Assembly: GCF_004010195.1 (NCBI RefSeq)
Contig: NC_057719.1
Location: 20,694,870 to 20,732,092 of the forward strand
DNA: 37,223 nt
Direction of reading: 5' to 3'
Origin: Chiloscyllium plagiosum
Taxonomy: Eukaryota
The position numbers and the translations under genes were made by a program. The notes under the pieces are model-generated. The model saw only the letters and a program-made list of their open reading frames with translations. It was not told the DNA's origin and did not search any database. Shown here in pieces: positions 34,598 through 37,223 of the stretch. Numbering within the stretch: the stretch's first letter is position 1; each line of letters begins with the position of its first letter.

Positions 34598-35173
34598 AGG
34601 AGAAAGTGAGGACTGCAGATGCTGGAGATCAGAGTCAAAGTGTGTGGTGCCAGAAAAGCACAGCAGGTCAGGCAGCATCTAAGGAGCAGGAGAGTTGATG
34701 TTTCGAGCATAAGACCTTCATCAGGAATGGGGGGGGAAAGGAGGTGTGGTGGGGTGCAAGGGGGCTGAGAGATAAATGAGAGGGGGGTGGGGCTGGTGTG
34801 AAAGTAGCTGGGAATGCGATAGGTAGATGGAGATGGGTGGAGTGGCTAGGTGGGGGGAGGAAGATAGACAGGTAGAACAATTCAAGAGGGCATCGTCCTC
34901 TTGAACAGGCCTACCTGTTCATCTTCCTTCCCATCTCTCCGCTCCACCCTCTGCTCCGATCTACCACCTATCACCATTACTCCCGCCTGCATCTAACTAT
35001 CACCTTCCCAGCTACCTTTTCCCCCAGCCCCAGCCCCCTCCTATTTATCTCTCAGCTCCCATGGCATCCCCCTTCCACATTCCTGATGAAGAGCCTATGC
35101 TTGAAACGTTGACTCTCCTGTTCCTTGGATGCTGCCTGACCTGCTGTGCTTTTCCAGTGCCACACTTGTTGAC
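34598..35173. mobile_element. Long palindromic PLE family A insertion (~290-bp arms) with decayed hammerhead motifs on both strands
   Basis: Centre TTCAAGAGGG-CATCG-TCCTCTTGAA at ~34881-34905; motifs at ~34697-34725 (-) and 35083-35110 (+); possible degenerate TSD C(C/T)TGGCACC(C/T)T. Confidence 0.88.
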
Positions 35174-36482
35174 ATGGAAACTTGGCACCTTACTCACCTG
35201 GTACCTTAACCTCCTGGCATCCTAATCTCACATTTGTGCACATATTATTTGACAGCAGCTGTCTAAATGTCTGTATAATACTGTGCCTTTCAATTTCAGA
35301 AAATGGCAGATGGTCGCTCTGCAGAGAGGCCATAGTTTTCCTGGCCTGACAGTTATGCACAACCAGAGAGCTCTCACCCCTTAATGTTGCTATGGCATCT
35401 CCTTCACCCCTTGAGGGGATGGAGCAGCTGGTTAGAGATCAAGCTTCTTCTGTCCCGTCTCGCCTAGCTGGTGAATTCATGGCTTGAGTTATGGAGTGAA
35501 GATCTCCAAACATAACTGGCAGGTACTGATTATTCTGTCTCACCATGGCAACTATCACCCATCCCATGAAGACAACTGTGCCCTTGCATGCTGGAGTCAC
35601 ATCAGAAAGGATGTGGGCAGACTTCCCTGCTCTCGGCTCCAGTCTGCTCATGATCTCTGGCACTTCTGATTAACATTTCCCTGCTTGCCGATGTAAATCC
35701 ATCTACTGATCGATGGCCCAAGTGCTAAAGTCCATCATCTGTCAGAGGCTTATTCTCCTGCAGTCACCTCATATCAAAAGTCTTGACCACTTCTTCTTCC
35801 TGTAGCTGTGGGACTTTGCCAGTGCCATGGTCACCATAATGTGACCCCAAGTTTATTTTAGAAAAAGTACACACCGAGGTGCTGGTGGTAGTGGGGATGG
35901 GGGTGGAGGTAGGGGGGCTGGCCTTGAAGGTGCATCCTCTGAAGTTCATGAATTTCCTCCTCAGAGGTGCACTGTGAGATGCTGATAGAGATGGGCAGGG
36001 TTCTTCTCTATTTGGTTCTGAGGTAGGGAATGGAAGCCATAGACTGCGTAGAGAAAAACATAAACATTTTCAGGTGTTGCAGTTCGCCCTCCTCACTCAT
36101 GGCTTTATGAAGATGTTTGTGTTTGATATGTAGCTGTGAGCCTTTTACATGAGTATGGATTTGCTTTCCGCCCTTCAGCACAGACACATTCCCCTTGCTC
36201 TCCCACCAGTTGGGTGACCTGTTCCTGAGAGTGGGCAAGCAGTCTCATACCAGCCCACCACACTCACCACCCCTCCCCACTGTCGCGATACATTCTCTCT
36301 TGCAGAAGGAGAAAAGTATTGAAAGGCATTTGCTTGATTACTTTAACACTATGTCAATCTTGACAGATAAAGGTCAAGATGTCAGTCTGTGACCGCCTGT
36401 GAGATATGGGGCAATTTAGAAGGTGATATGGTCAAACAGCCTATGCATATTGATAAATTGTGAACTATATTTTGTATCCTCG

Positions 36483-36835
36483 TATATCCTCGTAAATCTC
36501 TCTTGAACCCTTTCCAAAGCTTCCACATCCTTCCTGTAATGCGGTGACCAGAACTGTACGCAATGCTCCAAATGTGGCTGCACCAGAGTTTTATCCAGCT
36601 GCAGCATGATCTCATGGTTCCAAAACTCAATCCCTCTACCAATCAAAGCTAACACACCATATGCCTTCTTAACAGCCCTATCAAACTGGTTGGCAACTTT
36701 CAAGGTTCTATGTACCTGGACACCAAGATCTCTCTGCTCATCTCCACTATCAAGAATCCTACCATTAACCCAATACTCTGCATTCCTGTTACTCCTTCCA
36801 AAGTGAATCACTTTACATTTTTCCACATTAAACTG
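36483..36835 (-). mobile_element. CR1/HER1-type LINE RT C-terminal fragment
   Basis: ORF 36416..36937 QFNVEKCKVIHFGRSN..QRDLGVQVH..LVQPHLEHCVQFWSPHYRKDVEALERVQERFTR. Confidence 0.93.
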
Positions 36836-37223
36836 ACATTGATTGGGAAAGCTATAGCTCAAGTTCATTAGATGGGTCAGTGTTTGTCCAATGTGTGCAG
36901 GAGGGTTTCCTGACACAATATGTAGATAGGTCAACAAGAGGTGAGGCCATACTGGATTTGGTTCTGGGTAATGAACCAGGCCAGGTGTTAGAATTAGAGG
37001 TAGGTGAGCACTTTGGGGACAGTGACCACAATTCGGTGACTTTTACTCTAGTGATGGAGAGGGATAAGTGTGCACTACAGGGCAAGAGTTATAGATGGGG
37101 GCAGGGAAATTATGATGCTGTGAGGCATGACTTAGGATGTGTGGCCTGGAAAAGTAAGCTTCAAGGCAAGGGCATAATTGATATGTGGAGCTTGTTCAAG
37201 AAGCAACTATTGAGTGTCCTTGA
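36836..37223 (+). mobile_element. CR1-type LINE ORF2, end of AP endonuclease and linker; frame open to the window edge
   Basis: From 36841: DWESY..GFLTQYVDRSTRGEAILDLVLGNEPGQV..VGEHFGDSDHNSVTF..NYDAVR..MWSLFK with no stop; absent from the ORF track. Confidence 0.92.

Overview
Eukaryotic, repeat-dominated DNA from a cartilaginous fish, most likely a shark. This is inferred from HE1-type SINEs, HER1/CR1-type LINEs and Penelope-like elements (PLEs). I can support no intact host protein-coding gene: the supplied ORFs are transposon remnants or chance frames. The window holds many decayed CR1/L2, RTE and Rex1 LINE fragments, tRNA-derived SINEs, one TA-flanked MITE, three minisatellites and two assembly gaps. 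Two things stand out. (1) About ten PLE-derived loci from at least three families carry minimal hammerhead-ribozyme motifs (CUGANGA-A-stem II-GAAA-short palindrome-UH) with covarying stems. Several are short, ORF-less, head-to-head palindromic insertions with target-site duplications. (2) A single CpG-rich island (~8820-9120) is a ~43-bp tandem array in which every unit carries a CACGTG E-box, most with GC-box and ETS motifs. Outward-facing splice donors flank it, suggesting a bidirectional promoter for non-coding or 5'UTR exons. Coordinates of old repeats are approximate.
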